A stretch of 64,000 bases of DNA, from positions 37,820,001 through 37,884,000 of the forward strand of contig OX597840.1 in assembly GCA_951406725.2 (NCBI GenBank). Direction: 5' to 3'. Made by a program: the position numbers and the translations under genes. Below, in pieces: positions 40,762 to 55,514 of the stretch (position 1 is the first letter of the stretch; every line of letters starts with the position of its first letter). Below the pieces are notes generated by a model. That model was not told the DNA's origin. It saw only the letters and a program-made list of their open reading frames with translations, and did not search any database. Origin of the DNA: Octopus vulgaris. Lineage: Eukaryota.

Positions 40762-41385
40762 ATGTATTGCAGTATATATTCCGGATTTCCGCATTGTAGA
40801 AAAAGTAAATCTTCAATCGGTTTTGATACGTAGAAGCGAGTGCAACTCAGGTGTTATTTCCTCGATCACGGGTTCGGAAGTGCAGTTTATCTGACGGTGA
40901 CCTTCAAGTGATTGGCTTTTGGCTTTTGCAAAACTATTCAAAAGTTTGCAGGTGAAATTTTTCCTCCGCCAGTCTTTCGTAAGCGATTCTTACAGAGGCG
41001 TCCAAAAAGGAAGACGCTACATCACGAACCAGAGAAAATGGGAAAGAGACGGAGAGAAACGAAACCAAAATATTGACAAAATAAATTAGAAATATAATGA
41101 CTGGCTGATTATTTGTGCTGTGGTTTGGTGCCGGTTCGTGATCGATGGCGAACGTTTTGTGATGGCGCAACAGGTCTTCTAAGAATACGTCGACGAAATG
41201 GAAGAATAAGATAGAAAGAAAAAAACAAAACCAATGTTCTTAGAAATATGCAGAAGGATGTATGTTGTATATATTTTCGTGGTTAACATTTCGAAGTGGC
41301 TTCACATGATATCCACATATTCAGTGCGTGACCCAAAACTATTCAACATGGCATATACTTAGGCAGCTACAGTTTGCTTCAATGT

Positions 41386-41428
41386 AATAATAATAATAAT
41401 AATAATAGTAATAGTAATAATAATAGTA

Positions 41429-41465
<37 letters not shown>

Positions 41466-41709
41466 TAATAATAATAGTAATAGTAATAGTAATAATAATA
41501 ATATTAGTAATAATAATAATAATGATAATAATGATGATAATAATAATAACAATAATAGTAATAATATTGATAATAATGATGATGATGATAATAATAGTGA
41601 TAATAATAATAATATTGATAATGATAACAATAATGATGTTGATGATAATGCTGATGATAATATTAATAGTAACAGGGATAATAATAACAACAACAACAAC
41701 AACAACAAC

Positions 41710-41772
<63 letters not shown>
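41386..41772. repeat. (AAT)n microsatellite
   Basis: Direct runs; these explain the poly-N, poly-I and poly-L ORFs. Confidence 0.95.
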
Positions 41773-41774
<2 letters not shown>

Positions 41775-42272
41775 AGTGTTATCATGTACATTGTTCTGTC
41801 TTGGTATAAAAGATGGGCTACAGTAAATATTCTGCTCAATACCACAGATTTGCTTGTCAGTTGTTTGACCTTAACCAGTTGAGCATGTCCCTTAGTGGCT
41901 GACGATATGTGCAGATCTGATCATGAGTAGAAGTAGTGGGGGAGCATCATAGCCATGTGTTGAGAGGGATTCTTTGGGGCTTGAATAATTCACCTCTGGA
42001 GACATGGGTGGTTTTTTCAACATCCTTAAACAATCCTTATTCAGAGACCTTTTGAGCGGGATGGGCTACTCAACCTGAAGAAAATTCTAACCGGGCCCCA
42101 CCTGCAAGGTCATGTGCAGTTTATCTTGATAAGTGATCACCTTGTCGCGCACATATGGTTGTGATGCATGTGCCTGGTGTGCCCTTATCAGACGGGTAGT
42201 CATGATGGGTATATTGGGCTTCGTATATTTTACCCCAGTGTCACTTTGATGGCATGCACTGCTCTCTCACTC
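41773..42272 (+). mobile_element. 5'-truncated non-LTR element 3' region in (AAT)n, probably Dong/R4-like, copy 1
   Basis: Closely similar to 48869-49368; same 3' end ctgctctctcactc|aataat; (AAT)n on both sides. Confidence 0.75.
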
Positions 42273-42341
<69 letters not shown>

Positions 42342-42432
42342 AAGAAGAAGAAGAAGAAGAAGAAGAAGAAGAAGAAGAAAAAAAAGAAGAAGAACGATAT
42401 TAATAGTGATAATAATAATGATGATGAGGGTA

Positions 42433-42522
42433 ATGGTCTCCATGTGCAGCTTTCTTGCACCTACAGAGTATGTGAACATGCATGATAGAGCTGCACAATA
42501 TATTCACTGGGTAAAATATTTT
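42433..42522 (+). pseudogene. Dong/R4-like restriction-like endonuclease region scrap
   Basis: Translates VSMCSFLAPTEYVNMHDRAAQYIHW, matching the R4/Dong pattern SGCxxLAxxEYxxRHDxVAxxIHW (from recall). Confidence 0.65.
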
Positions 42523-43757
42523 AGGATAGGGAGCAAAATGCAATTGGGGCAAAATAACTAATTTCTGATTGCTCATTATTTTCTTCCTCCATGTTCGAAA
42601 GCCTTACGTAACAAGTTTTGCATCAACATTTTGTACTGCTGTATCATATTTAGGGGTAAAATCTGGTTAGAATAGTTGTTGTTGTTGTTGCTGATGTTGA
42701 AGTCGAGTGAATTTGGAAGATTGTAATGTACGTTTTTTTCAAATTTTTTTCTTATAATTGGAGCCGATTAAAATTGAGGTTGCTTTTGAAATATCTGGAT
42801 AATTTTGGGTGTTTAACATTCAAAGTTCTTCCCACTGATGGATTCCAAGTCAATTTTTTCCAAACTATTTTGATAATATTCAATTATCAAAAAGTGATGT
42901 CTAAACAGGGCAAACTGAGTAATGGCTAGTTCCAATAATTTATTCCCTTTAACTGCATGGTGCTTGAATATATCGGGACGTTCCTTACATTATTTTCACT
43001 AATGATAATCTTTAAACTACATTGTTCAATGTTATGCTCATACCGTTAACTCAAATCCTTGCAGGCTTTAAAATATAAGGGGTTTACATAAACATAAGAT
43101 CGAAACGTAATCGATCCGTTCTTTCTTCTACACTTTCGAGGTTAACTTGGTTGTGTGTACCATGCATTCTCTAATGACTTAAGACGTTATTATATTCGTG
43201 AACAGTAATAAATATTCTTTTGACATTACCCCGCCACTGACGTTTAGCCGAGCGGAATATACATAATGTGACGAGAAACGAGATAAAAGGATACAACATG
43301 ATGCAATAATACAGTTTGTTTTTGTCGCTCCAAAGAAATGAAACAGAAAGCAAACGAGATTGAACTCGGACTGCAGAGAACCGGGAGAAAAATATATCTG
43401 AATGCCTTTAACTTGACGTATGGACGTCTGCCAAACGATGGCGTATTTAAGGGTCAGTAAATACTTATGTATGCCTTGAAGGTGCCTGGATTAATAAACA
43501 TTATTCTACCGGTTTATTGTGATCTGTGTCGATTTACGGTGCAATCTTTAAAGGAGAAAGAGGAAACAAGTTAGAAATGTCCGTAATCTCCGAAGAGAAA
43601 GGTGGATGCCACTGCCGAATATTAGAGGTGGGATGGCCGGGTAGTATTCGTAGCATACGGTAGTATTTCGGGTAGATTTTAGTTATATCTATTTCTTTTG
43701 CGAATTCTAATTTTGCCTCGAGAAAATTCCACATTCTACGATATTCCACTTGGAGAA

Positions 43758-44083
43758 TTGTCATTTTGTCCAAGTTTTGGGTGACAGTTCTTCAGCTATT
43801 TGGAACGAGCTCACAGACGTAGTTCTAAAGGTTCACTCACCTTGCTAGAAACGGCAAATCTTCTCCTTTAAGCCAAACTGTATAGGTTCAATTCTAGCTT
43901 GTTTACATCGCTGCAGGGTTGTCATTTTGTCCACGTTTTGTGGTGACTTCTTCAGCTATTTGGAACGAGCTCACAGACGTAGTTCTACAGGTTCACTCGC
44001 CTTGCTAGAAACGGCAACTCTTCTCCTTTAAGCGAAACTATATAGGTTCAATTCCGGCTTGTTTATTCCGTTACAGGGTTGTC
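43758..44083. repeat. Tandem duplication, two units of about 161 bp
   Basis: ttgtcattttgtcca...ttcttcagctatttggaacgagctcacagacgtagttcta...cagggttgtc starts at 43758 and at 43919. Confidence 0.9.
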
Positions 44084-44482
44084 TGCTATAGGAAACAAAC
44101 CAGTTCCTCAAATCTGCTCCTCCAAAATTCAACTGCAACAATAACAACACATGCGGTAACCGTGTTGTTACGTTCCACAACAGTATCAACACGTTTAGTC
44201 TAGGTATCAAAAAAAACAAAACAACAACATTTTTTTAAAAATGTAGTCACAAGACTTATTTCATTCGAAAAGTGTCGAGTCTAATTTTTTCTTTTCTTTT
44301 TCTTTTCTTTCTTTTTTGTTTTCCAAAACAAGAAGAGAACATTCAGGAAACAAACGACAGAAATGTAACACGATAAAAGGAAATAATGAAATTTGCGAAA
44401 TAGCCAAGTAAAATTAATCCATTTTATATAATTCTGTTGACTACGTTTTACTCTCTCGCTTTCTCTCACTTTCTCGTTCATG

Positions 44483-44782
<300 letters not shown>

Positions 44783-45581
44783 TCCGTTTTCTCTCTATAC
44801 CTCAATGATAATATAAAGGAATGACTTTTCAATAGTTGATTATATTTAAAAGCAAGAAAGTGCTTTTGTATGGCTTTATTATTATTATTTTTTTTCGTTT
44901 ATTCTTTGTTTGTTTGTTTGTTTGGTTTTTTGTTTTTTGTTTTTAAAAGTAAAATTCAATGTAAAACCAACGAACGGACATAAAACATGGCGCCGATTTG
45001 AAAAGAGTGAAAAAAAAACAACAACAAACAAAACCAACACAAATCTTATTTTGACGAAAAGTGGCTAATGAAAACGAACTAATAAACAAGATATGGTAAT
45101 GGTTGTTTCCCGCTATATCATTTATTAATATTATTCATAAGGCAACACCAGGCGTTTAAATAAGAAAGATCACTGCCAGACAAAATGGAGACCCGTACCA
45201 TTTATCGATTCTTTCTGATCATTTATAATTTAGAGCTTTCGAGAAAATTCTTTAATAGCTCGTCGGAGAAGACAGGGTGGATGTATAAATTAATAATGAC
45301 GACCATTGTTGTAAAGAGAATCTTGAAAGCTATTTATTTTGTTTTGTTACTTTGCTTTTCTTTCTATTCCCTTCTACTCTCTTTCTTTCTTTGTTTGTTT
45401 CTTTCTTTTCTTTCATTTCTTTTCTTTTCGTTCTCACTAGCTTTTCGTAAATAACACTGACTTAGTCATAGTACACAATACAACGCCAGTGCTAAGTAAG
45501 TTTTTTTTCTACTGAACAAAAATATTAAAAAAATTCTTAAAAAAAAAAAAAATAAACGACAAATGATATTACAATAAATAT

Positions 45582-45590
45582 CTACTACTG

Positions 45591-45657
<67 letters not shown>

Positions 45658-45768
45658 AACTACATACTAACAACAGCGACGGCTGCTTCAGTAATAAATA
45701 CAGCTACCACTATCACTACCAAAATTCTTACTTCCCTTAGAATATCATTAACAACAGGAGCAACAAAA

Positions 45769-45838
<70 letters not shown>

Positions 45839-45868
45839 TTGTTGCTGCTGCTACTGGTGCTGCTGCTT
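45582..45868. repeat. (CTA)n microsatellites
   Basis: Direct runs. Confidence 0.9.
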
Positions 45869-46099
45869 GTATGTTATTTGGATTGAAATAACTTGGTATT
45901 TATGCAAACAACAACAACAAACAAACGCAAAAATAGTGCAAGAAATTACAAAGAATATTTAAAGATATCAATGAGGAAGTATCATTTCCCGGTGAAGAAC
46001 AGCAGAAAGTGCTGCAACATTCGCAATGGTGGTGTGGTTGCTTGGCTGCAAGTTCTTGCGCAGTTCGATCTTAAAATACACCACCTTCTAATGCAGTGA

Positions 46100-46257
46100 G
46101 CACAGAACGGACAAACAAGGACAGACAAAGGGTTTAAGTCGATTACATCGACCCCAGTGCGTAAGTGGTACTTAATTTATCGACCCCGAAAGGATAAAAG
46201 GCAAAGTCGACCTCGGCGGAATTTGAACTCAGAACGTAACGGCAGTCGAAATACCGC
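46100..46257 (-). mobile_element. SINE family A, headless unit
   Basis: acaaacaaggacagacaaag...gtcgacctcggcggaatttgaactcagaacgt...gaaataccgc. Confidence 0.85.
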
Positions 46258-46271
46258 TTCCCCTCCTTCTT

Positions 46272-46462
46272 CGGACCGGACGAAACGCTTGGCGTCGTCT
46301 CCTCCGTCATCACGTTCTGGTTCCAAATTCTTCTGCCAAGGTTGACCTTACTTTTCATCATTTCAGGTCAATAAAATAAGTACCAGTTAATCACCGGGCA
46401 TAACGTAATCGATAGACTTATTTCCCTTCGACTTCCTGGCCTTGTTCCAAAATTCGAAATCA
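46272..46462 (+). mobile_element. SINE family A, degenerate, divergent from the previous copy
   Basis: cacgttctggttccaaattc...gccaaggttgaccttacttttcatc...aaaataagtaccagt. Confidence 0.7.
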
Positions 46463-46477
46463 TTATTATTATTATAA

Positions 46478-46863
46478 CTAGCAGTATACCCTAGCGTTGC
46501 TCGGGCTTGTTTTCTTTAGAATTGGAATTTTTGAAAAGTAAAAATGTTGCATTATGTAGCTTGTTATTCTCTTTGAGTGAACATTTTTCTGGTTGAAATA
46601 CATCGAAAAATGGCGACATAGCAGTCTAAAAATCGTAAAAAATAGGGATTTTCGTGGAAAAGAAAACACCTTTGTTATGTAAATAATTTTTGGTGTTAAC
46701 TTAGTCCAATTTGAATTTTCTCTTCTACGAAAGGAAGAGCAGGCCTTCTAACATACTCTCAATTTTGGTCAACTTGCACCACTGGGTCTCGGAGGAGATA
46801 GTGTTAGTCGAAGGCAACCAAACCTTCCATACACAGACAACTTCAGCTTTATATATATATAGA
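46478..46863 (-). mobile_element. Non-autonomous Helitron, copy 2
   Basis: Colinear with 24748-25144; minus strand a|TC start and CTAG|t end with subterminal hairpin remnant. Confidence 0.85.
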
Positions 46864-47385
46864 TTATATTTCTGTCTAAATTTTAACGCATTTCCCCGTC
46901 TTCTTCATTAAACAATTCCGCTATATCTCGCATAACAAAACAGAAGATGAAGGAAAGATTAAGATCATAAGTTTAAAATAATAATATTTTGAGAAAGTCG
47001 TAATATCTTTGCATTTCTCTTACCTCTTGGCCTCAAGGTCAGTCCTGATCGAACAGATAAGTGATCAAATAATTCAATAGGTCACTAATCTAGTTTCTAT
47101 TTTTTTTAATTAGGATAATCTTGGGCTGAATCGTGTAACTTGTTCTGTTATTAAGATGACCGGGTGATTTGAAGGATGCACTGTCTCGTTGTCTTATAAT
47201 TGTAATGGTGTGTTAGACATATATAGAGACCACAGACGAGATTAAAAGGAAAGTAGTCAGAAAGGGCTATAAGACGTATTGGCGCAGCCGCTTCGCCGCC
47301 GCTTATATGCCGTCGTTCATTCAACGTTACGTTATTCCACATGAGATGTTACCCTGTTCTGCTTGTTTTAATGCTTCTTTCATCT

Positions 47386-47440
<55 letters not shown>

Positions 47441-47945
47441 TACTGTGTGTGAATATTACTCATTATAAGTTAATGGTCAGCGAAAGTGTATATTTCAATC
47501 GGGTTCACTTAATAAACCCGGATGATTCTCTCTCTCCAGCTTCCTCCCACGGCTATTGTATGTGTTGCTATCTATTTATGCGTCCACGTGTAACAGACTT
47601 CCCACTGTTACTCCTTCACTTTCTGTATATTCTGCGCGCGTGTGTGTGTGTGTTACTCCAGAGCCGACATGTACTATTGCCAAAACAGGCTGAGTGGTGT
47701 GTAAACCGAGCCAAGTCCTCAGAATCCAAACAGATACGCCCAGTTATCTTATTCCAGTGAAAACATATACAAAATTACACACACACTCGAACGTACACAC
47801 ACTCATACACGCACACACACTCATACACGCACACACATCACGCACACCAAATCTAGTTTTACGTTAGATTTGGTGGTAATTGATTTCCAACTGTCATCAG
47901 GCATGCAGTTTTCTACGTATATGACCCTACACGTGACATGAACTA

Positions 47946-48129
47946 CAAGGGTGAGTCAAAAAGTAATGCCCTTTCGTTTAGGACAGGTATAATTACCAAC
48001 ACAGACTCATGTATTATACATCAAAATGAAGCTGGTCCTCTGTGGATCACATCCCTACTTCTCAACATAGTCACTGTTTCTGTCAATAGCAATGTTCCCC
48101 CTTCGAATGAGAGCATGTATCCCTGCCCT
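47946..48129 (-). mobile_element. Mariner transposon 3' end (transposase C-terminus plus TIR)
   Basis: Minus strand encodes RAGIHALIRRGNIAIDRNSDYVEK*, a mariner C-terminal pattern; terminus ta|caagggtgagtcaaaaagtaatgcc is a mariner-type TIR at a TA site. Confidence 0.85.
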
Positions 48130-48237
48130 TAAATAGCCACAAAGTTTATGCTTGCATAACGAAATACCTCGTCCCATCCGTCAATACAGTAAATCCTGTG
48201 TGTAGCAGGCCCAAGACATCAGATTATATGGGAATCG

Positions 48238-48383
48238 TGTGGTCGGTTATATCCATCTTATTTCTCGGAAGGACGAAAGGCAAAGTCGACATCGACGATA
48301 TTTCAACTGCGAGCGTAAAGCCGGAGGAAAATTCTTTCACTATTTAATCCGGCTAGGTAACGATTTTACCAGCTGGCCGCCTT
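48238..48383 (-). mobile_element. SINE family A, degenerate
   Basis: ggaaggacgaaaggcaaagtcgac...ccagctggccgcct. Confidence 0.7.
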
Positions 48384-48791
48384 ATGATTATGTGCGATGT
48401 GTACATAATTTGTTAGTATTTTCATTGATTCTACCACCGTCTAGGTAAACGTAACCACTCCAGAACATGTCACCATAATATTCTGCCAATTCTAATCCAC
48501 ACTATTCTGAGGATTTTCCCAATTCCACCAACCCATATCTCACCAATACTCTAACATGGGAGATAGTAATCGAGAAAATGGGGCCTATACTAGGTAGTTA
48601 GACTAGCTAGAAATAGCAGCCACGGTTCTGCCTGAATACACTCAACCGTCATGAAAAGAGTGTATCTCACTCGATGTATTGTATTCCAAGGTAAACTGCG
48701 ACTGTGTGACGATAAGAGATGGTCAAGGCGGGAATGTCATTGAAATTAATGTTTATTCCATTCTAGATTAAGTGGGACTCACACCAACAAC

Positions 48792-48821
<30 letters not shown>

Positions 48822-48822
<1 letters not shown>

Positions 48823-49368
48823 CAATACCAGGCAGTGGCTCTCATGCCTTCTGATCTTAACTGATTGGAAGTGTTATCATGTACATTGTTTTGTCTTGGT
48901 ATAAAAGATGGCCTACAGCAAATATTCTGCTCAATACCACAGATTTGCTTGTCAGTTGTTTGACCATAACCAGTTGAGCATGTCCCTTAGTGGCTGACGA
49001 TATATGCTTCTCTGATCACGAGCAGAAGTAATGGGGGAGCATCATAGCCATGTGTTGAGAGGGATTCTTTGGGGGTTTGAATAATTCACCTCTGGAAACA
49101 TGGGTGGTTCTTTCAACGTCCTTAAACAACCCTTATTCTGGGACATCTTGAGCGGGATGGGCTACTCAACCTGAAGAAAATTCTAACTGGGCCCCACCTG
49201 CAAGGTCATGTGCTGTTTATCTTGATATGAGATCACCATGTCTCGCACATATGGTTGTGATGTATGTGCCTGGTGTACCCTTATCAGACGGGTAGTCATG
49301 ATGGGTATATTGGGCTTCGTATATTTTACCCCAGTGTCACTTTGATGGCATGAACTGCTCTCTCACTC
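48822..49368 (+). mobile_element. 5'-truncated non-LTR element 3' region in (AAT)n, probably Dong/R4-like, copy 2
   Basis: About 47 bp longer at the 5' end than copy 1, identical 3' junction, (AAT)n on both sides. Confidence 0.75.
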
Positions 49369-49393
49369 AATAATAATAACAATAATAGTAGTG

Positions 49394-49499
<106 letters not shown>

Positions 49500-49680
49500 A
49501 AGTAGTAGTAGCAGCAGCAGCAGCGGCAACGACAACAGACTAATGGGTCAATAAATATGTATTAAAGAGGTATGTGTTGCAAGAATTTTTGTCGTAATTA
49601 CATTCTAATTATTAGACTTGTCATTTTTGTCGTTTCGGAAATGGCAAAAGCAATACAGCCACAGCAGAAGCAGCACTGAC

Positions 49681-49723
<43 letters not shown>

Positions 49724-50540
49724 CACACAACCACACACAATACACATAATTTGATATATTGATCTTTACATCTAGCTGACAGTTTTGGTCACTAGCAAGA
49801 ACTATTTGCTGAAAACTTGATTCTGATATCATTTGACAGTTTGAATTTTCGCAGCTCTGACAATCTTGTTAATTCCACCTCCGTATTTATAAAAGCAATT
49901 TATTTGAGTAAATACGAAATATCCATTTGCCAACATATCGTTTTAATAAGCGACCATCCTGTCAGAAGATCGCCAGGATGTAATTCATCATCACCGCTCT
50001 ATTTACTCAATGTCCACCAGGCTCTATTATGTTCCGCTTTCCTCAGAAGACACCTAGGCATTATTTATTCATATATTTAACTATCTCTATCACAACTGAT
50101 CAACTAATGCATCGTTGGTTACGCATCTCTACGACGGGCCAATTCCTGGTTGATGCATTTGTTACGGCAGCGGAAATGTGTGAAATTCCGTACGGAAAAC
50201 ACACCCGAAAGGTTTTCATTAAACAAGTGACCGTTCTCTAAGTTTTCTCACTGATGTACACATATTTACGTCCATACTGTATCACACAAAATTCTACACA
50301 CACCTACATAAACCTACCCTCCCACACAAGTGTATACGCCCTTTAGATTATATAGGTGATAGTTCTTATATATTTTTTTGTCCTTTTTTTACGATGTTGA
50401 AATGCGAAAGAAATACATATAATTTCCATGATCTAAAGAAACTAATATTGCAAATATTGTGCAGTCTATAATTCAATACATTAATTAAATTGTGGCTCTC
50501 TGGCTTTCTAAATGTGTGTGTATGTGTATGTATCTATGTA

Positions 50541-50576
<36 letters not shown>

Positions 50577-50861
50577 TCTATTTATCTATCTCTATTTATC
50601 TCTCTATCTATATACAATATGGAACACACATACATGGAGTATTGCTTTTGCCGCCAGTTCTTAGGCAGGCTGCGATTTATAGGCGTAAGAGCATATCTTC
50701 TCGTCAATGTGCCTCGTTGCTGGAGTGGATGACATTAATGTTTCGCTATCTTTGTGTCTTATCAACACCACGTACCCAAAACGAGGCAACACACAAGTTA
50801 ATTAGCTCTCAATAACTATATGTAAATTGGTGTGAGGACCATGGGTTGGTTGGCAGACAAA

Positions 50862-51280
50862 ATACTTATTTCTTTACTTCCCACAAGTGGCTAAACATAG
50901 AGAGGACAAACAAGGACAGACAAGCGGATTAAGTCAATTATATTGCCCCAGGGCGTAACTGATATTTATTTAATCAACCCCGAAAGGATGAAAGGCAAAG
51001 TCGACCTCGGCGGATTTTGAACTCAGAACGTAGCGGCAGACGAAATACCTATTTCTTTATTACCTACAAGAGACTAAACACAGAGAGGACAAGCAAGGAC
51101 AGACAAACGGATTAAGTCGATTATATCGACCGCAGGGCGTAACTGGTACTTATTTAATCGACCCCGAAAGGATGAAAGGCAAAGTCGATCTTGGCGGAAT
51201 TTGAACTCAGAACGTAGCGGCAGACGAAACACCGCTAAGCAATTCGCCCGGCGTGCTAACGTTTCTGCCAGCTCGCCGCC
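50862..51280 (-). mobile_element. SINE family A dimer
   Basis: Two bodies joined at gacgaaatacctatttcttta; a single head ending gctcgccgcc. Confidence 0.92.
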
Positions 51281-52092
51281 TTTATAAGATGGTATATTTC
51301 AAAACAGTTTTTAACGGAATGTACTTTTGGTATGAAAAACAAAGCAAATAACAATGGCGAATAAATGAAGAATGTTAAGAGAAAAAAATTACAAGAAACA
51401 TGAGGTGTATAATAAGAGCGATTGCTAATATCGAAAAGCTTTCAACAGAAGACATTTTGAGAAAGTGAAACATGCTTAAAAGAAAATATTATTAGCATTA
51501 AAGAAGCAGGAAAACAAACACACACACACACACACACACTGTTAATGATAATAAATGTGTTAGAAAAGAGGAGTGAAACGATTTGAATGGTTTATGACAC
51601 GCACAAATAGCAAATGAAGTTGTAAAGATGTTCGAACAATATTTGCAGAGAAGAAACTGAAATGAAAAGGAACTTGAGATGGCGCATGTGCATAAGTGGG
51701 TGTACACTTCAGTAGAGGTGGGCACTGGATAAATGAGGTTACTGGGTATCATTGGGCACACTTTACCGGAAATCCAGGGCAAAAGTAGTGTCTTCTGGGA
51801 ACAATATCGAAGATGTGCACGTATCCACATGCAAAGATTCTGTAGAGGTTCCACCAATTTTCATTCCCAGAATATTAGTCAAAAAACGAGTGTCGTTGAA
51901 ATGACATAAAGTGTAATGATGTGGAGAAACAACGCGGGTATTAGGGGTACCTGAACCCAACATGTTCAACCTGCCTCCGTGCTTATCCGATTCTGTATCG
52001 TAATCTTATGTCCAACGCTAGGATGAAGGCCATTAATGCTATGGCTATACCATCGCATATGAAATGAATTTATATATATATATAAGACTTCC

Positions 52093-52375
52093 CTAGGGTG
52101 GGTGCATGCGCTAATATATGATTTATAAAAACATGGGACATATTAATAAATACCTGTAAATATAAAACCATCCAGATTTCTAAGTACCTTATTTCTTCTA
52201 ATATATGATATATATATAAACACACATATTTTAGAAGGTTTCGAGATGATGTACAGGTATCATATATTAGAAGAAATAAGGTACTTAGAAATCTGGATGG
52301 TTTTATATTTACAGGTATTTATTAATATGTCCCATGTTTTTATAAATCATATATTAGCGCATGCGCCCACCCTAG
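52093..52375. repeat. Long inverted repeat (118-bp arms, 47-bp spacer)
   Basis: 52093-52210 is the reverse complement of 52258-52375; I see one mismatch. Confidence 0.92.
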
Positions 52376-52387
52376 ATTCCTTTCCTA

Positions 52388-52505
52388 AAACATGGTTCTG
52401 GGTTCAGTTCCACTGCGTGGCAACTTGTGAAAATGTTTTCAACTATAGCGTCGGGCCGACCAAAGCCTTGTGACTGAATTTGGAAGAAGGAAACTAAAAG
52501 AAGCT
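52388..52505 (+). mobile_element. SINE family B fragment
   Basis: catggttctgggttcagttccactgcgtggc...gggccgaccaaagccttgtga...ggaaactaaaagaagc. Confidence 0.8.
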
Positions 52506-52559
52506 TTTATATATATATATATATACCAAATGCTTGAATCATGTAAAAGAGTAAGAGAA

Positions 52560-52610
<51 letters not shown>

Positions 52611-53496
52611 GGCACACAAATACACACACACCTGCATATCACACCAAAAGACGGATACCTTTGTATATATTTATCAGGGAAAAAAAGAAATAAGATGCAT
52701 TTTATCAAGATATGCCACCGGTGGTTTCATATGTTCCTGGCAGGAAAAAAGTTTATGAAATGAAAAACTACTTAGAGGTACATCAAGAGAAGAGAAATAA
52801 TACGAAACCTTTGGCTACAATGGATGAGAAATGGAAATTGATTATAGAAATTAATATAAAACCGTCCTTTAATTAACATACATTCAAAAGAATGGACTCT
52901 GTGGCCTCTATTTTGGATGGAGTGTCAGATTTTGACGGGTTTCAGGTAGGATTGGAAAGTGAAGCGATCGCCCCCGAATGGGTATCAATCAGGTTTAAGT
53001 ACATAGCAAATTTCTTGAATTTTGGAATTCCCTTAACAAATATTGAATATTTCGAAAATACAGCGTATTCTCTCTGTTTCGGATTTAGTGTAAAATAATA
53101 AAATGTTATCTTTACTATTACGTAGACACAAGCAAACGCACAGACACCCGCATGGGGAGGTGAGAGGTTTACACAGAGAAAATTGCCGAAATTAAGTATA
53201 AGTTTGGAGTATATATAAATAAACAATTAATTAATTAATTAATTATAGGCCGATTGTGTAATGAAATATAAATTATGGCAAAGAATAACAACAGTCTCAG
53301 ATGAAAAACTACAAATTGCGGATATGTATTCATACAGGAATATGGCATATATAAAGCAGCAGAAGGTATATGTATGTATGGATGTATGTATATATGTATG
53401 TATGTATGGATATATATATATATATATATATGCATAAGAGTACAATGTGTGAATAAATGTAGCAAATATCAAGACAAATATCTCTCTAACTGCTTG

Positions 53497-53567
<71 letters not shown>

Positions 53568-53576
53568 ATCTATCTA

Positions 53577-53652
<76 letters not shown>

Positions 53653-53726
53653 ATATGTATATATATATATATATATATTATCGTATGCATGTTTGTAAAC
53701 TTTATTTATAATCATATCTCTATTTA

Positions 53727-53780
<54 letters not shown>

Positions 53781-54469
53781 GTACTACTATACACAGTAAT
53801 TAATACGAAGTAATTCATGGGGGTTATATACCATTATAGAAATATATATATATATATTTTGTGTGTTTCTTAAATGGCTTACAAACACCTTCCACGCTGC
53901 AATTGTTTATATATATATATATGCTCGTAACTATATAGAATTAAATAAATATACATACTCAGTTTAGCCCTCGTTGTCTCCTAATATGTATGCAGACACG
54001 TGTACATATATTGGTGAGAAAATAAACTGATTTCTTTTTTCGGTTTCTAGTATATTCCACAAACAAGGTGTGATGAGCGAAACAGAGATGAATATTAAAA
54101 CAAGCACAACACAAATACAACAACAACCAACAATAACAAGAAACATTTACAACAACAACGAACTAAATATTAGCAACTAATTAACTTTTGACTAATGAAA
54201 ATCTGCAACCTCCCCTTGCAGGCATCTTTCAATAGAGATATCTGATCTAATTGAATTATTTGGCTCAAATATATATTTTATTTGATTGCCCATATGAAAT
54301 TAATTAACAGATATAATAGAGAATTGGAATCTATTGATCCGCACGCGAAATTTTACATACGACTGCAAAATACACGTAGATGCATAAACAAACATACATA
54401 CATGCACACATGAACACACATACACACAAACACACAATTATAGATAGATATACACCTATCTACAGCCCT

Positions 54470-54507
54470 GTCATATATTTATATATGTGTATGAGAGTTT
54501 GTGTATG

Positions 54508-54546
<39 letters not shown>

Positions 54547-54577
54547 GCACACATGTATATATACATATATACATATT

Positions 54578-54609
<32 letters not shown>

Positions 54610-54648
54610 TATACATATATATATATGTCTGTGTATACATATATATGT

Positions 54649-54745
<97 letters not shown>

Positions 54746-54792
54746 TATATACATATATATGTAAATATATATAAATATATATATATATATAT
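54470..54792. repeat. (TA)n microsatellite
   Basis: Direct runs. Confidence 0.95.
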
Positions 54793-55349
54793 CTGTAATC
54801 TGACATGAATTGTTTCTGCTAATACGATTATTACTTTCAGACTATTTAACCTCGTCTTTAAAAAGCATTTAGTACATACAATCACATATTCTCTCGCTCT
54901 CTTCTTTCCTTTCTTTCCTTCTCTCCTTTCCTTTCTTTCTGCTCTTTCTGTTGCTCTCTCTCTCTCTCCCTTTTCTCTCTCTCAGTCTCTCTCACTCTCT
55001 CTGTCTCAGACATGTACCTTGGCACTGGACTATTTTGATCGTTGATCAAACAACGATTACGAACGAGTACATGGTTGTAAGAAATACAGTTTAACTACAC
55101 AAGGACGGTGTATCTTTCCTGCAGGATTCAAAAGCTGTATGGCAATTAATTTTAAAATGCATTGATTCCCAAGTTCCAGCGAGGAAAGTGATCAACATCA
55201 GTGATATGAAGACTCAGTTTGTCTCCCATGTCAGTAAATAGAACTTATGCTTTTGTCGTTGACTATTATTTCTAGCAAGGCTAGTGCTTCTTAATTACGG
55301 TTAATTATTTCCTTTTTTGGTTTTGAATTAAGTCTAGCAATCTTAATTA

Positions 55350-55514
<165 letters not shown>

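Noticed and set aside
52760-52875. MDEKWKLIIEIN resembling a mariner C-terminus
   Set aside because: Too short and diverged, and no TIR found.
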